The notes under the pieces: generated by a model
Databases searched by the model: none
Seen by the model: only the letters and a program-made list of their open reading frames with translations
What the model was told of the DNA's origin: nothing
Translations under genes and position numbers: made by a program
Assembly (NCBI GenBank): GCA_905331295.1
Contig: CAJNYD010000223.1
Span: 62,001-126,000, forward strand
Source: Rotaria socialis
Taxonomy: Eukaryota
Direction of reading: 5' to 3'
DNA: 64,000 bases
In this document: in pieces, positions 13,606 through 27,864 of the stretch
How the letters are laid out: every line of letters starts with the position of its first letter
How positions within the stretch are numbered: the stretch's first letter is position 1

Positions 13606-14640
13606 TTTTTTAATTGCTCACAAAATGGAGAAACCTTTCAATTACTTGCCGCTGCGATTCAAGCCGACGAACTTCAGATTCACGTTTGGATCAATATTTT
13701 AAAAACTATGCAATATGTTCAAAAAAAATATTTAAATTTCCAACTAGATAGAATAAGAGCATTGCTGTCACCCATGGCAACAATGTAGTTAATCGATCTA
13801 TGAAAGCCTGTAAAGGGATAATGTATGTTTTGCGCGATCGGAAATGAAGGAACTGGGAAAAAATTTCTTTAGAAGAATGTAAACAAGAAATAATAGAAAA
13901 TTTCCCCGCGGAACTGTAATACAGCCATTTATTCAATCTAAACTCGCATATAAACCCTTTAAATTTACTTCAAGCGGTAAAGTCAACATTACGCCAGTCA
14001 CACGCCATAATAATTCTCACATCCATTTATAATAAATTTTTATTCTACTTTTGCATTTTATAGTTCTTTACCAGATACTTGCAATTGATGCTTATACTTC
14101 CTTAACATTGTCAAATGTACATAGCGTTTTGAATCCAATATTCGCGTCTCTTCGTATTGACTCTTCTATTTCGAGTTAGACTATTATTTGCATACATAAA
14201 TTCATCTGATAAAGCGCTTTCATACTGCCTAGCCGGTGTCTCTTTCGTCTATTTTATTTGTTGTCGTACTCACCGTATGTTTGACATAGTAGAATGGCGG
14301 AAAGAAAAAGGTAAAAACTGCATCGTACTACGACACATTTCAATTTATATACTCATCTTACACTCTAAGGGCAACTATTTTCCGATAAATGTTTTCAAAA
14401 ACAAAACTACCTTATTCCGTAGCACTCCTATTTTTAGGCGATATTAGTTTAGGTCGATTCAAGTCGACTGGTCTTGCCTCTCACGAGGTAAATCAGTGCT
14501 CATTTCTGGTAGTGTTTCTTCTGACTGTAACAAAATATCCCACTGATAGAATAGCATAGACAAGTGGTTCATTTTTAACAATTTTCTTTTTTATCTATAA
14601 AAAATAAAGAATTATAACGAAATATAAAGTCTTCATTGAC

Positions 14641-14964
14641 CTTGTAAAAATTTCGGATCCATTCTTCATGTTCGACTTTGTTCATGCAATAAATAAACAT
14701 GGCGTTGATCTGGGGAAGTTCATGGATATGTGATAGTATTTACCGACAACGTAGACCACTGACAATAAGAATAATTGTTTCATTCGTAACAGAACGAATA
14801 TATTCTTGAAAACTAGTTTCCTCAGTGAAGGTTTGAGCAACATCGACGTTGGCGTATAGCTCTTGCAGACTATCTAAGTTTTCCTCTTCGAGAGCATATG
14901 AATCGAACCAAGTAATTATAAATTTACTGCTAGAATGGATATTCGACGTCAAAGATCTTTCCAT
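14641..14964 (-). pseudogene. Remnant N-terminal exon of the same receiver-like domain family seen at 10326 (ART/TPR genes), with a premature stop
   Basis: IITWFD...IILIVSGLRCR*ILSHIHELPQINAMFIYCMNKVEHEEWIRNFYK: homology continues in frame through TAA at 14740-14742, up to a GT donor. Confidence 0.6.
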
Positions 14965-15812
14965 TTTTTCGGACCAATTTCTTACCAGTAATTTGTATTG
15001 CTACCTGAAACTAAATAAATATTGGTGTATCAGAACGAGCATTTTAAATTGTTTGTTGGTTTTCTTGCTTCCCGTGTTTATTATTATTATAAATATTAAT
15101 GAAATTAAGCTGATTTCGCGTACTTGGGGTATTACCTTATCGTTATAAAATAAAAATGAAGATGAAATAAATACTAAAGCATTATTTTTCTTTGAGAAAG
15201 TCCTGTTAAATTATTATCAAGTAGCTCGTAAAAACATTTGATACTGGAGACAACATAGTCTGTAGAAGAATGCATGCGCCATTTGTTTTCATTTATCAAC
15301 TTCATTTTTTAATAATATCAAATATCGGAGTGATATCGCTGATTCGGAGTCATATCGAATAAAACTTACTGTTTTTATACTTATGATATAGAAAAAGCTC
15401 TTTTCTTGATTTCACTCTTATCGTTGATCGTAAAACATTTAGTTATCAGTATTTTATAGGTATAAAAAATTTATTTATCGCTATTCTATAATCATAGAGA
15501 TTCTATTTATAACTTATTTATTTCTTAAAGTAAACATAATCAACAGTTTTTCTGCTTTGAATCTGATACAGTCAACCAACAATCAAAAATTCATCTTGGC
15601 TTTTATTTTCAACTTTTCCTTTCTTTGCTTCATTCTGTTCTTTTTTGCATCCTAAATTCGCATCAAACAGGCCGAGAACATGCTTCTCTGTATGCACTAT
15701 ACTACATGTAAAATTTTCCATATATTGTTGGAAGTTTTGTCTTCACTTGTAGAATTGTGAAAAAGCACAAGACGAAAGCTTCTTCATTCAGATTCTAGGT
15801 TGAAAAGGGACT

Positions 15813-18800
15813 ATGTCTAACAGAACATCAGCCACATGCAAAACTGGAGCAAACTATGAGCAAGACGATGACGGTCAGTATACACGCATCGAGTACAAGG
15901 GAAAAATCTGTCTTGCGTTTCTTTAGCATCAAACACAGATCAGCAGAAGCCGCCCTTTGTAGTACGTGATCGGTACTTTCCAACAAAGACGCCACGTCCT
16001 AGTAGAAAAGACGATATGCCATTAAATCAGTCAAGATGTTCACAACGTTCTTTAAGCAATCTTTCTCGTATTTTACCGGCAACTAATGTGGATTGTGTAA
16101 TTTCGAGAGGTAAGTGATCAAAGCTCTTCGATAATGGCAATTACTAAAAGCGCTCATCGTCAGGTAATGTGAATATAAAAAATAATCAGCGATCAAACTC
16201 ACAAACAAAACGCCCACGTTCGAATTCAAGGGTCAAGTCGTCCAAAGCTATGGGATTTAATTGTATAGGTTCCAAATCTACTATTGAGCAACTGAAAGAA
16301 AAAATCAGGGGTTTATATGACGTACGTACCAATCTCTCTAGAAAAAAGTGCAACATTTTTTCTATTTATTTTGATTGAACGCATAATTTGCCATTTTTTT
16401 TTATAGAAAGACATACCCGAAGCACGCAATAATCATGAGTTTCTCATTGTCGAACAAAACGCATTAATTGAACAGCTTGATGAAGATGATGATAGGAGAC
16501 CTATCTGTGAGGCATTGCTCAAGGAGCTCAAAGAACAATTGAATGCATTCAACGCAATTGTATCAAGTTTCTCAACATGTAACACATCGAATTTATCCGA
16601 AGTCCAACATCATTGGAATATTTTGAATCGCGAAATTACACGACTTGAACTTCATTTACCCATTTACGCGCGACATCTAGATTTGATTGATCCAAATATT
16701 TATGGGCGTGTTCTTATACTAAAAGCAGATACCGGGTCTGGCAAGAGTACACAACTAGTTCAATATTTAGCTGATGCCTTGTTGGCAACACAAGGTTTTT
16801 TTTAAGCTTTCGTCATTTTCGTGTGTTGTTTCATTTAAATTTTAGGACAAATTATTTGTACTCAACCTCGACGTTTAGCTGCACGAGCATTGGCTTCTCG
16901 AGTTGCTGAAGAGTTCGGATGTAAATTAGGCGAAGAGGTAATATATCAATTGCTAGTTGATTCCGACTTGTAAACATATGTAGTTAACAGTTGTGAACAA
17001 GTCTTAGTTTATTGGTATATGTCTAGGTTGGCCTTCATATTGGCGTTAGCCGTGCACTAGTATCAGCCCGAACTCGAATTCGCTTTGTAACTGAAGCCGT
17101 TTTATTAAATGAATATTACAATGATCCTATGTTGACAGCCTATTCGGTAGTCATAATCGATGAAGCTCACGAACGAAGAATCGATACAGATTTACTCTTA
17201 GGCGCGATGAAAATATGTTTGAAACAACGCAAAGATATTAGGGTAAGTAAATTTAAGTTATATTGTTATTCAATATGCTTTTTGTATAAATCCACCAGTG
17301 AAAATATTAAGTATAAATTAAATCAGTTTCAAATCTTAAATATAAATACTATCAGTTTTCGATTAATTCTTGATAAAAATGAAGTTTATTTCTCTCTCTG
17401 TTATTTTAAAACAAGAAATTCTAACATATGTTATAAGTTGATCATTCGGAAAGTTTTCATTGAGACACGAAAATCTCAAAATAACTACAGAGTTTTACCA
17501 CTGAAAAGCCTACAAAAACACGAAGCATCTGGTAAGGTTATTATGATACGATGAATACTTTCTCTAATAGTGTAACTACTGAAGTTTCGAGAGAAATAAA
17601 AAAATTGAAATATTTCGCGTGATTTCTTTAGTTTTAATTTGTCCAAGTAGAATTTAAAATTTAAAGACTGCTCTGAAGTTTTCTCGCCTTATACTCATGA
17701 TAAATTTGCAAAGCAAAGCATTTTCTATAGAAAGTTACTGATGCTTTTTTTCATAGTTGATCATCATGTCTGCTACTTTGGATGATAAACTATTATGCAA
17801 CTATTACAATGATGCCTGCTTCATGAATATTCCCGGGCGAACTTTTCCAATAGAAGATGAATATGCGAGTGAAGATCCTGAAGATTATGTAGATGCAGCC
17901 ATTAAAAAGACTTTTGAAATTCTTGCAAGTGAACAATCGGGAGATATTCTTGTCTTTCTCACAGGACCCGAAGAAATCTATCGTGCTATCAACCAAATCA
18001 GTTCAAATGTTAAACGCTACGGTTCGATTCTTCTCCTACCGTTGCATGGTAAATTAAATGAAGTGGAAATGGACTTAGTGTTTAAAGCATCTCCTAATAG
18101 AGAACGTAAAATCATATTTGCTACTAATGTGGCTGAAACATCCATAACTATTGATGGAATTCGTCATGTGATTGACTCTGGTATGGTCAAAGAAATGATG
18201 TGGGATCCACAAAGCAAAACGCGAGCACTAAAAGTAGGCTATACTACGCAAAGTTCTGTCATGCAACGACGTGGCCGAGCTGGACGAACTGCTATAGGAA
18301 AAGTAAGTAATTAATTCGACTAGATTTTATCTTGTTTTTATATGAAACACATGTATAAGCAAAACAAAATAGATTAATGCAGTGGAGAGCAAGGCCGATA
18401 TTCGTATCTTATGATTAGGGATGAATTATCTAGACATAGATGTTCATAAGTTGAAAATAGAATTTCATGAATACGAACATTTGTCACTCAAATATTTATC
18501 AAATGTCTGTACAATTAGTTGTAATATGGTTTTCATACTCCGTACAATTTTACGACTTGATCGTGAATTTTTCTAGAAAAGAATAACGTAAGAACTGCTG
18601 TTGCCAGCGTTTACTATTTTCATATTGAACAAACAAGAAATTTTGGAATGTATAGAATCGAAATTTATTTTTCTGTGTCCTCCCAGATCATACCAGTGCA
18701 TTTTCCTCTTGTTTCACATTTTAATCCCACAGGCATTGTGTCAACAGCTTTCTTTCAAATTATTTAGTGTTATCATTTGTACACAATCGATACTTATGAA

Positions 18801-21800
18801 TCATTGGAAGTGTGTCCTCGAGCTGAAATTCTTTGTATTCGACCTAGTATAGCTGTTCTCAAATTAAAATATCTTGGCATAGGGGATGATGTATCAGAAT
18901 TCGATTGGTTGGAGCCACCTACTAGAGAGAGTATTCAAGATGCGGTCGATAATCTGATGGCGCTGGGTGCTCTCGATCCGAAAACAAAAAAATTGACTGA
19001 AATCGGATGGACTATGGCAAAACTAGGTCTTGAGCCCATGCTTTCGGCCATGATTTTAACTGGAGAAAAATATAACTGCCTCAGTTATGTGCTAGCTCTT
19101 GCAGGTATGCTGCAAATCTCACAGAATGTGTGGTGGCGCGGTAAAGATGACGAGTCGAAACAATTGGGAGAAGAAATACGAGCCCGGTTTGCTCAAGATT
19201 TGAATATCGGCGGTGATCATATAGCATTACTTCGTCTGTATCTTGAATGGAATGCTTTGGGTGACGATAGAAGAAATAATGAAAAATGGTGTCGTGAGCA
19301 TATGATTAACGGAAAAGCAATGAGGATGGTAGATAATTTCATTCGAGAGACAGCATATCAAATGAAATGTAATTTTAAAATTGAGTTGGCCAAGCTAAAT
19401 GACGATCTAATTCAACGAATTTTGCGCTGTGTGTGTGCCGGCTTCTTTCAACAATTAGCCATAACCAATGGAAATCTTCGTGCTGGCTATAGACTGATAA
19501 ATAAGTCTAGTAAGACATTTGCACGAGTACATCGATCGTCTACACTGACATTCGTTGAAAAAACGCCAAAGTTTATAATCTATCATGATATACTTATCAT
19601 CAATGAAACTACCTATTTGACGGCACTGTGTCCAATCGATTTCGATTGGCTAGATAAGTCTTGGTTAGCCACCATGCCGCAACCGACGCTTCAAACTGTA
19701 ATCAAAAGTCACGTCTTTGAAAATCTTGGGCCAGCACTTTTGCTTTCAATTGTCGGAAAGAAATGTCAACATAGACCATGGCTTGAAGAATCGTTCAATG
19801 TACTCCTTGATCCAAACTATGAACAATCACGAATTACAATATGGGGCGAACAGAGAATGCTTGCTAATGCACAACAACATCTCGAACGAATTATAGATCA
19901 AGAACGAGGAAAACTTCGTACTGAAGTAAAAGAATATCAAATTATTGGATCGACCAGAATTTTACTGGGGGCAGGTGGTCAAACTGAACTGGTTCTGGTT
20001 AAAGACGAATATGTTAAAGTATTGCTTACTCGACTACCACCAAATGTCACTGAAAAGCAAATTGAAGAAAAATGTCTTCCGTATGGCAAAGGTAAAACTA
20101 TGAAAAACGATAAGTTCATTCAAATTTATGAGTATCGAAGAAGTAACCAAATTGTAAGCAGACATTCTTCGAGAATGTCAATCGATGAGCATTAGCTCAG
20201 TTACAAATTTAGCACATTAGCACTCTCAACAATTGTGCAGAACGCTCGTTGTCCTTTAATTAATTGTTGTCATAGGAAACTTAGAACAATTCTCTATGTC
20301 TGAATTTATTTATTTACAGTGCGAAATATTGTTATACTTCGAAGAAACCAGAGTGGAAGTCTAGCGTCGGTCACTTTTTACTCATGTGACAGTGCTCGAT
20401 CAGCAGTTACTAATTTGTCGCATCAAATATGGGATGGCAGAGAATTAAACGCGAATCCTAGCCAAAAAAATGTGTCAATTCATGCAGGAAGACAAAACTG
20501 TAAATTGAAAGTTCAATGGTTTATGACGAAATCTCAATGTTCGGCACGAGTACAATTCAGTCAACAGGAAGCAGCCTTTAAAGCTCTTGAATTCTTCGAA
20601 GAAACACGAAAATTTCGTTGTCGCATTGAACCAATTACAAGTAATCCAACAATTAAATGTTCTTGCTCATTAGCGGTGCATACGGGTAAAGGCACGATAT
20701 TTTTTCAAACTGCTGAACAAGCTCAGAAAGTAAGACGTCATAGATTTCATTCATGAAAAACTTCTAATTTCTATCTTATAAGCAAAATAAAAGGTACGAA
20801 TCAATACTCATCTGTATCTTTGATATCATTCTATTCATAGAATAAAAGATTTTTCCAAAAAAATATTATAATGCTGCATTGGAATCAGCAGCATTAGAAG
20901 TCTAGCTTAGTTCGATTCTGATCTAGCCAATTGAGATGAGACAATTTGAAATAAAAATTTTGAATCAGAAACAAATACTTACATTAATCTAAGTTGCGAC
21001 GCTGAAAACACAACATAGCAACATGATGAAACAACTAATGAATCCGTCTTCGTCTCTTCTGTTTTTTATCATAATTTATCTCACATTTCCATTCATTTTA
21101 GGTACTTAAATGTGATAATTCATCTCCGTTTCATCTCCGAAGAAATCCCAAAGATGATTTATCTCTATGGATAGAAAACGTACCGGCAAATCTGGATGAA
21201 TATGATTTAAAAAACAGTTTCATTAATATTACTGGAGTGACGTTGCAGCGAGGTTTCCGCAGAATAGCACTTGCACAACTCAGTGTAATTGAAGATGAAC
21301 TTCGTCGACTGTTCAATTCATATCGATCGTTTCAACGTGAATTAGTCGCTGTTATGCCACAATCTAAAAAGGGTGTGCTAGAAGCGTATGTTCAATTTAC
21401 TGATGAACGAGATATGCAGACCGCTATCGAGAACCTGAACAACAAGCCAAATTTAATTGGTTCAGGCAAATTGAGACTTTCAGTTTACAAATATCAGTTT
21501 CCAAAGAAGCCGACTAAAGTGGCGGATAAATCAGCATTTCTTATCAAGCTCTACCAGTTAAAAGCTGACATTGACGAAGAAGTTCTCATTCAAGATCTAA
21601 ATCAGCATCGTTTGGGTGATTACATAATAGATGTTAATGTTTTTCGCGAATCATTACCAAAATATCCATCTCGAGACGCATCAGAAACTAGGTCTGAAGA
21701 AGATGAAATTAACCTGATTAAGCTGCAATCTCTATTCAGTGATCGTAGAAAGTTTCGTTCTGCGCCGGATATTCAAATTCGTCCAGCTACAAACGACGGT

Positions 21801-23797
21801 CGCGTTGTGGCATTCGTTCTGTTTGATCATCCTAGTGATGTTATAACGGCTATGCACATGTATGAAACACCAGACGATCCTAACCTTTTGAAATTTGGCG
21901 ATTATAAAATGCGGTTAATACCAATAATTGATCATACCATTGAGCTTAATGCAGCGCTAACTCGCGCTATACCAAAACAAATTGAGCACGCCATTGAAAC
22001 GATTAAACGCGACCCGATATTATCAAACATAGCTTTAATTAAAAAGATCCCGCTAAAGAATCAACAAGAGATTACCCGAATTTCAATTAAAGGAGCCAGC
22101 ATTCAAAAAATTTATAAAGCTCGTGCCATCTTCGAAGAATTGATGAAAGGTCTAATATTCAAATTTGCAGAGCCTTCATGGGTCAGTATTCTATCATCAT
22201 CATCATCGTCGATTTTAATCCAGCTACCTTTCTCCTCCTTGCAGAAATATATAGTTGCTAGTTGTTCCCAAAAACGGAGATTTCTGTAAAAGAAGAACTC
22301 AATTAATTTACATCGATAAGATTAGTTCAGACTCTAGACATAGCTATTGTCTGCCAAAAGAATTTATCTATTGATAATAAATATGATCATAATATTTTAG
22401 GTTTCAGTTATTTTTGATGTAACGGGTAAAACGTTTCTACAGAAGGTTCAGGACCGCACCGGTACATATATTTGGTGGGACTGGAGGTCGACATTCTTGA
22501 GAATTTTCGGTAACGACCAAGCCAGTAACAAAGCCTATCAAGAGATTAATGATTACATTCACGAGACACTTGATCAAAACAAGTATTCAGTTCCTATTCG
22601 TATTCCAGAAGGTTTGTAATAAAAATAGCTGTATTATCTATCTGATACCTTAATATCCTCACTATTTAAGGTTGCATCCGTCAATCTATTGAGCAATCAA
22701 GCGAACTCCGTCGTATGGGCAATGAAGAAGTTAAAGTTACTATTGATGTATTAAAGCGTCTCATTATTATCAATGGAGATAAAAATAAAGTACTCGAATG
22801 TGAGCGAAAAATAAAAGATCGGCTTGGCAGTTATTTACCAGAATATGTTCATACTACTACTACTGCTGCTGATTTTCAACATTTGGCGATACCAACCAAT
22901 GAAGAACGTGTATGCTCTATCTGTTTATCTGGCTTCAAGTCGCCATACTACTTACAACCATGTGGGCATACGTTTTGTCGATTATGCTTACAAAATTATT
23001 TTGAAAACATTTATAACACAGATGCTTTGCATTTATGTTGCCCATTAGACACGTGCAAAGTGGAATGTGTCATTCAGGACATTGAAGCTATACTTGGCTT
23101 TGAAAAAATGTCTTGTCTAGCTAAGATTGCTTTTCAAATTTATATTGGTCGCCAAGAAAGTGATCTCAGTCAGTGTATTGGGAACAATTGTGATCAGGTA
23201 CAATGATTTTCCTCATTGAAAAATAATTTGAAATCATCCTCAACGTTGCCTAGCAAAGTAAAACCGTTTCGGATCCCATTTAGAACCACTCAACTGGTAA
23301 TCCGTAAAAATAGAGTGGCATGTAAATTTTGATGTAATAAGAAAAAAAATCCACGTTCTCAAAATTCATTACCTTTGAAATGTTTTATAAAATTAATTTT
23401 CGAAATGTATCCAATAGTATTCGAGGGTTGACAACTAGCAATTGCTGATTTTCAGAGATGTTATCAATACTAGTACGAAAAGTTCTCAGGAAAATGAAAA
23501 TGCGTGCAAAAGCAGAAAATATTACGAATATTATATTTTATTTTAGCACCCATTACATGGTCCGGAAACCTAGTTAATCTAAATTTTCTAGAAAACTATT
23601 CCTAACAGAATGTCTTCTTCTTTTTTTTTCTTCAGGTATATCGCCCATCACAATATTCCTCGAGTTATCACTGTGATCAATGTAACGAAAACTATTGCAT
23701 ACCATGTAAAGTTGAATATCATTTTGGTATGACCTGTACACAATATAAACAACCTGAGCGCGAACTAAATCAAAAATTTCTCTCGACTAACAATTGA
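15813..23797 (+). CDS. DEAH-box RNA helicase fused to RRM/KH-like domains and RING1-IBR (DEAH11/12-type helicase-RBR fusion), multi-exon
   Basis: Motifs [49 protein letters not shown]2/OB region. RRM-like segments ([22 protein letters not shown]). RING1 [53 protein letters not shown]. Stop at 23795-23797. The start at 15813 is tentative. Confidence 0.9.
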
Positions 23798-24472
23798 TTT
23801 AATTAATTTTGAAACATTATTATTAATCTCGAACATACACTTTGAAAAATAAATTGACTGAGATGCAGCTGTTGTATAATAAACTTAGTTTAGGGATACT
23901 TATTAGGACAGGCTCGGAGTAGGTTCGCGCCTGTATGTAAATGAAGGGGTGTGGGTCTGAATGAGCATTGTAAAAGAAGTCACATCCACACCAAATAGAG
24001 ATAACTCGCTAAAAAATATTTTGAAAATAATAGCATAAAATGAACCTAACGTATTTATGTTATGATTGAGAAGCTCCATTTTTTTCTGTTTTGAATTCAT
24101 TCACTTAGTTTAGAATGTGATAACATCACTTGTTCGACACAGAACGATAAAAAACAACAACATAAAAGACCGATAACAACGGAGCGATACGTGTCTTAAA
24201 TTGATAAAACTAAATTTTTAATGGATGAATTTTAAAACCACAGAAAAATTCTTTTTTTTTAATGGGGCTTATCATAAATCGAGATCTATTAATTTCTTCG
24301 TAAGTATTGGAATACAGATAAATTTAAGATATTTTTTCGTATCTATGTTATCATCTTTGTACAAATATTTGCCTTGTATCTTCTCTTTGATTCATATTAT
24401 TATAACCGTAGAGTTATCTTGTTGAAAACTGATTTTTCCTTATGTGTTTCTACTTGTAGAATAAATCTACAA

Positions 24473-27301
24473 ATGAATTTGATATTTTCTATAAGTTTTG
24501 CATTAACATTTACTTTAATTCATTGTTCTATTCCAAAGACAATTCAATCTCCTGATGAAAACCAATTTGAATTGTCGAATGAATATTTAACTGTTCAATT
24601 TAATTTAACCAATGGACAAATAACATCATTTTATTATAAATCAGAATTAATTACAATAACCAATGAAACAAGTTTCATTTTTCTCGATAATATTTCAGTT
24701 GATTGTTCAAAATTAATAAACTATAAAGAAGATATGAATTCAATTAATTTTACTTATTCTTGTTCCAATAAAACAAATTATGAATTAATAATAATCTATA
24801 CATTAAAATTCGATTGGGAATTTTTACGAAAGCAAATTTCTTTTGAAAATATAGATAATAAAAGCATAACATCCATTGAAACAACATTTACATTGACGAA
24901 TAAAATGATTTCATCTGTTTCGATTGTACAAAATAAACAAGATTTAAATAAACAACATACAGTTTTCTTACGAACGAAACTAACAACATTAGGAATATTC
25001 GCAACATGGCAACATCCATTCGGCTCCTATACTGTTACGTCAAATAATCAAACAGTAACAAGTTCATATAAAATAGGAATAAATAAATCCTATTTAAGCG
25101 AAGGATTTCTTATTGGTTTCTATCAATTATCTCCTTATTGGCATACAAATGACATTAATTATGCCGAACGACGAGCTTATGAAAACGCAACAAATTTCTT
25201 TTATCCTGTTCCACAACGTCAACAATCAATAAAACATGCCGTTGGTTGGGATAGTAATGATTATCAAATTGATATTTCAACATCACATGGCGTCGATGAA
25301 TATAAACGTCTAATTGATCGTTGTTCACAGCTTGGTATAAAAAGCTTAACATTCGCACCATCAAATACAAATGTGTCAAGTCGCCAACAATCTACTGATG
25401 ATTGGGGTTGGGAATCTATTTTATGGTTATCATTAGGTGAACAAATTCGTTTAGAACAATGGAAACCGTATCGAGATCCAATGCCTTTAACAATTCAGCA
25501 CATGCTAGATTATGCAGAATTTAAACAAGTTAAATTAGTTCCATATGTTTATCCACCGTTAGGTTATAGATCCAAAGGAAAAGATCAAGCATGGCTATTT
25601 CCAAGTTCACATTGTAAAGATGTTTGTGCATCATTAGCAAGTGTAGAATTTCAACAATATTTTCTACAATTATTAATTGATTTTGCGCAAACTACAGGTA
25701 ATGAATGTTAAATTTCAAAATTAACCGTGCAGAATCTTCTTATTTCTGATAAAATAAATATTCTGGTGTATTTTTATATAGGCATTGGTGGGTATGCATG
25801 GGATTACAATTTTTTTTATGACACTAAAAATAGCGAATATAGTCAATGGCGCGGTTGGCAGTGGATTCGCACTGAATTACTTATTGCTCTGCCTTACTTA
25901 ATTATGGATCATCGTTATGCATCTCAGTTCGATGGTCCATGGTCATGGATAACTTTAAACGGCTATACATCACCTTTATTGAGTGATGAAAATCCTGAAA
26001 CATATCCAATCTTACATCCATCGTTACACACTGATAAAATTTCTGCAGATTTTATGCGTCAAGGAAATGTTGAATTACGTTTAGAACATTTTTCATCAAT
26101 GGATAGCATTCCTGGTTTTATTGGACATCAAACAGAACGTTTAGCATCAGATGGAAGTCTACCATGGGTCGATAATAATTTGAGAGATTTTGATTTAATG
26201 GGTTTCTCCTATTCATTATTATCTAATATAGCAACAGCTGGTTTAAATCTTATTCATACATTTATACCAGCACGAGATTTAGAAGAATTTTATTTTCTAC
26301 CGGAAGAATTAATAGAATTTTGGTCTTATTGGCTGAAATGGGCAGATGAACATATAGAAGAAATTCGTAATAGTATACCATTTAATACGGAACAGGATTG
26401 GTCTTTGATGAGATCAAATGGTATTGACGGATTTTTATTTTTATTTAATCCAAATTATAAACAAATGAACCGAACGATTTTATTTGATGGAAAATTAAAT
26501 GTAAAAAATCCCCAACAACAAGGTTATTGGTTACTAAAAGAAATTTATCCACAAGAAAGATTTATACAATTCATAGAATATAATCAAACAAATCAATTTT
26601 TATTAGATGGTCAAAGTGTTACAGTGTATCAATTAATATTTATTCCAATAATTGATCAACCAATTCTTGTTGGCATTAGCGGACAAGCTTTTGTAACAAA
26701 TCAAAATACTATAATTATTAATGGAGTTTATGGCGAAGCTGGCACACAAACAAACAATCCTATGTTTATTATCTTACCAAATCAAGAACTCATATCCAAG
26801 GTTTTATTAAATGGAAAAGAACAGCGATTTCAACAAAACAATGAAATAATTTCTTTACTTGATTCTTTATCATTTCCTGGTTTATATTTGCCACGTTCAG
26901 CAGAAATTCTTAATAATACAATAATGATTAGTGATTTATTATTGCAGCAATTATCGGAACGTCAATTAGAATATCCAATTCAATGGACGGGAAAAGAATT
27001 AAATGACGCATCATGGTTAGGACCACAGCGCCTTCTATTATTTATATGTATTCAAAATCCAAACGATCAATGGAATATAACTGCTCAAGTCAATAATAAT
27101 CCAATCATTGTACACAAAGCTTATAATACACGTGATCATTATGAACAAAATCGATTTATGGGATTTTATTTAGATTTAACAAATATTGTTAAGCAATCAA
27201 ATGTTAATTATTACTTATCGTTAAATATGCCGCCTCTTAGTCCAGAACAATTTCAAGGATTATTTTTAGAAAATATTGAAAGAATTTTTGTTGAAGCATA
27301 A
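24473..27301 (+). CDS. Secreted ~915-aa protein, probably a glycoside-hydrolase-like multidomain enzyme; two exons
   Basis: Signal peptide MNLIFSISFALTFTLIHCS. One in-frame intron 25698-25781 (GTAATG...TATAG) joins the 445-aa and 524-aa ORFs (QTTG/IGGYAWDY). Beta-rich N-terminus and W/D-rich central domain (DDWGW, GYAWDY, IMDHR). The family assignment is inference. Confidence 0.7.
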
Positions 27302-27864
27302 ATTCTTTTTGTTCTGTATCTGCATTGAATTTAATAAATCAGTTCTTATAAGACTGGAACCATAGTCATCATTAGATTCAATCATTTGTTTTTATTCAAT
27401 ACATTCGAAATATCCTTCTCAACAGTGAGAAATGTAGAAAAAAAACATTCCGCAATCCTATCACTCTGTTATGTTCTCGAGCCGGAAACTTGTAAAGTAT
27501 TTTCATACTATATATGGGGACAGAGTTGATTGCAATCAAAGCATGAGCCACGTTTTATATTGATCTAATTATGTTAATTATAAATACGTATTTCACTTAA
27601 CACTGAATGGGTACTATAATAATTATTTGCATATTATATCGATCACTTTCATTTTTATTCTCGATTAGTAGCTTCATTACTTTCGTTTCGCTTCAATTTT
27701 TATAGAACTTCCTTTAGAATCAACATAATTACAACTTTCGTAAAAGAAACTGCAAAATAGTTGACCAACCACTCGCTTTGAGTAGAGATAAAAAGTGTGA
27801 TAACAGTATGGATGTGTATTAATAACTTTCCATTCATACATATCTCATTTTAAATAAGGTTCTG

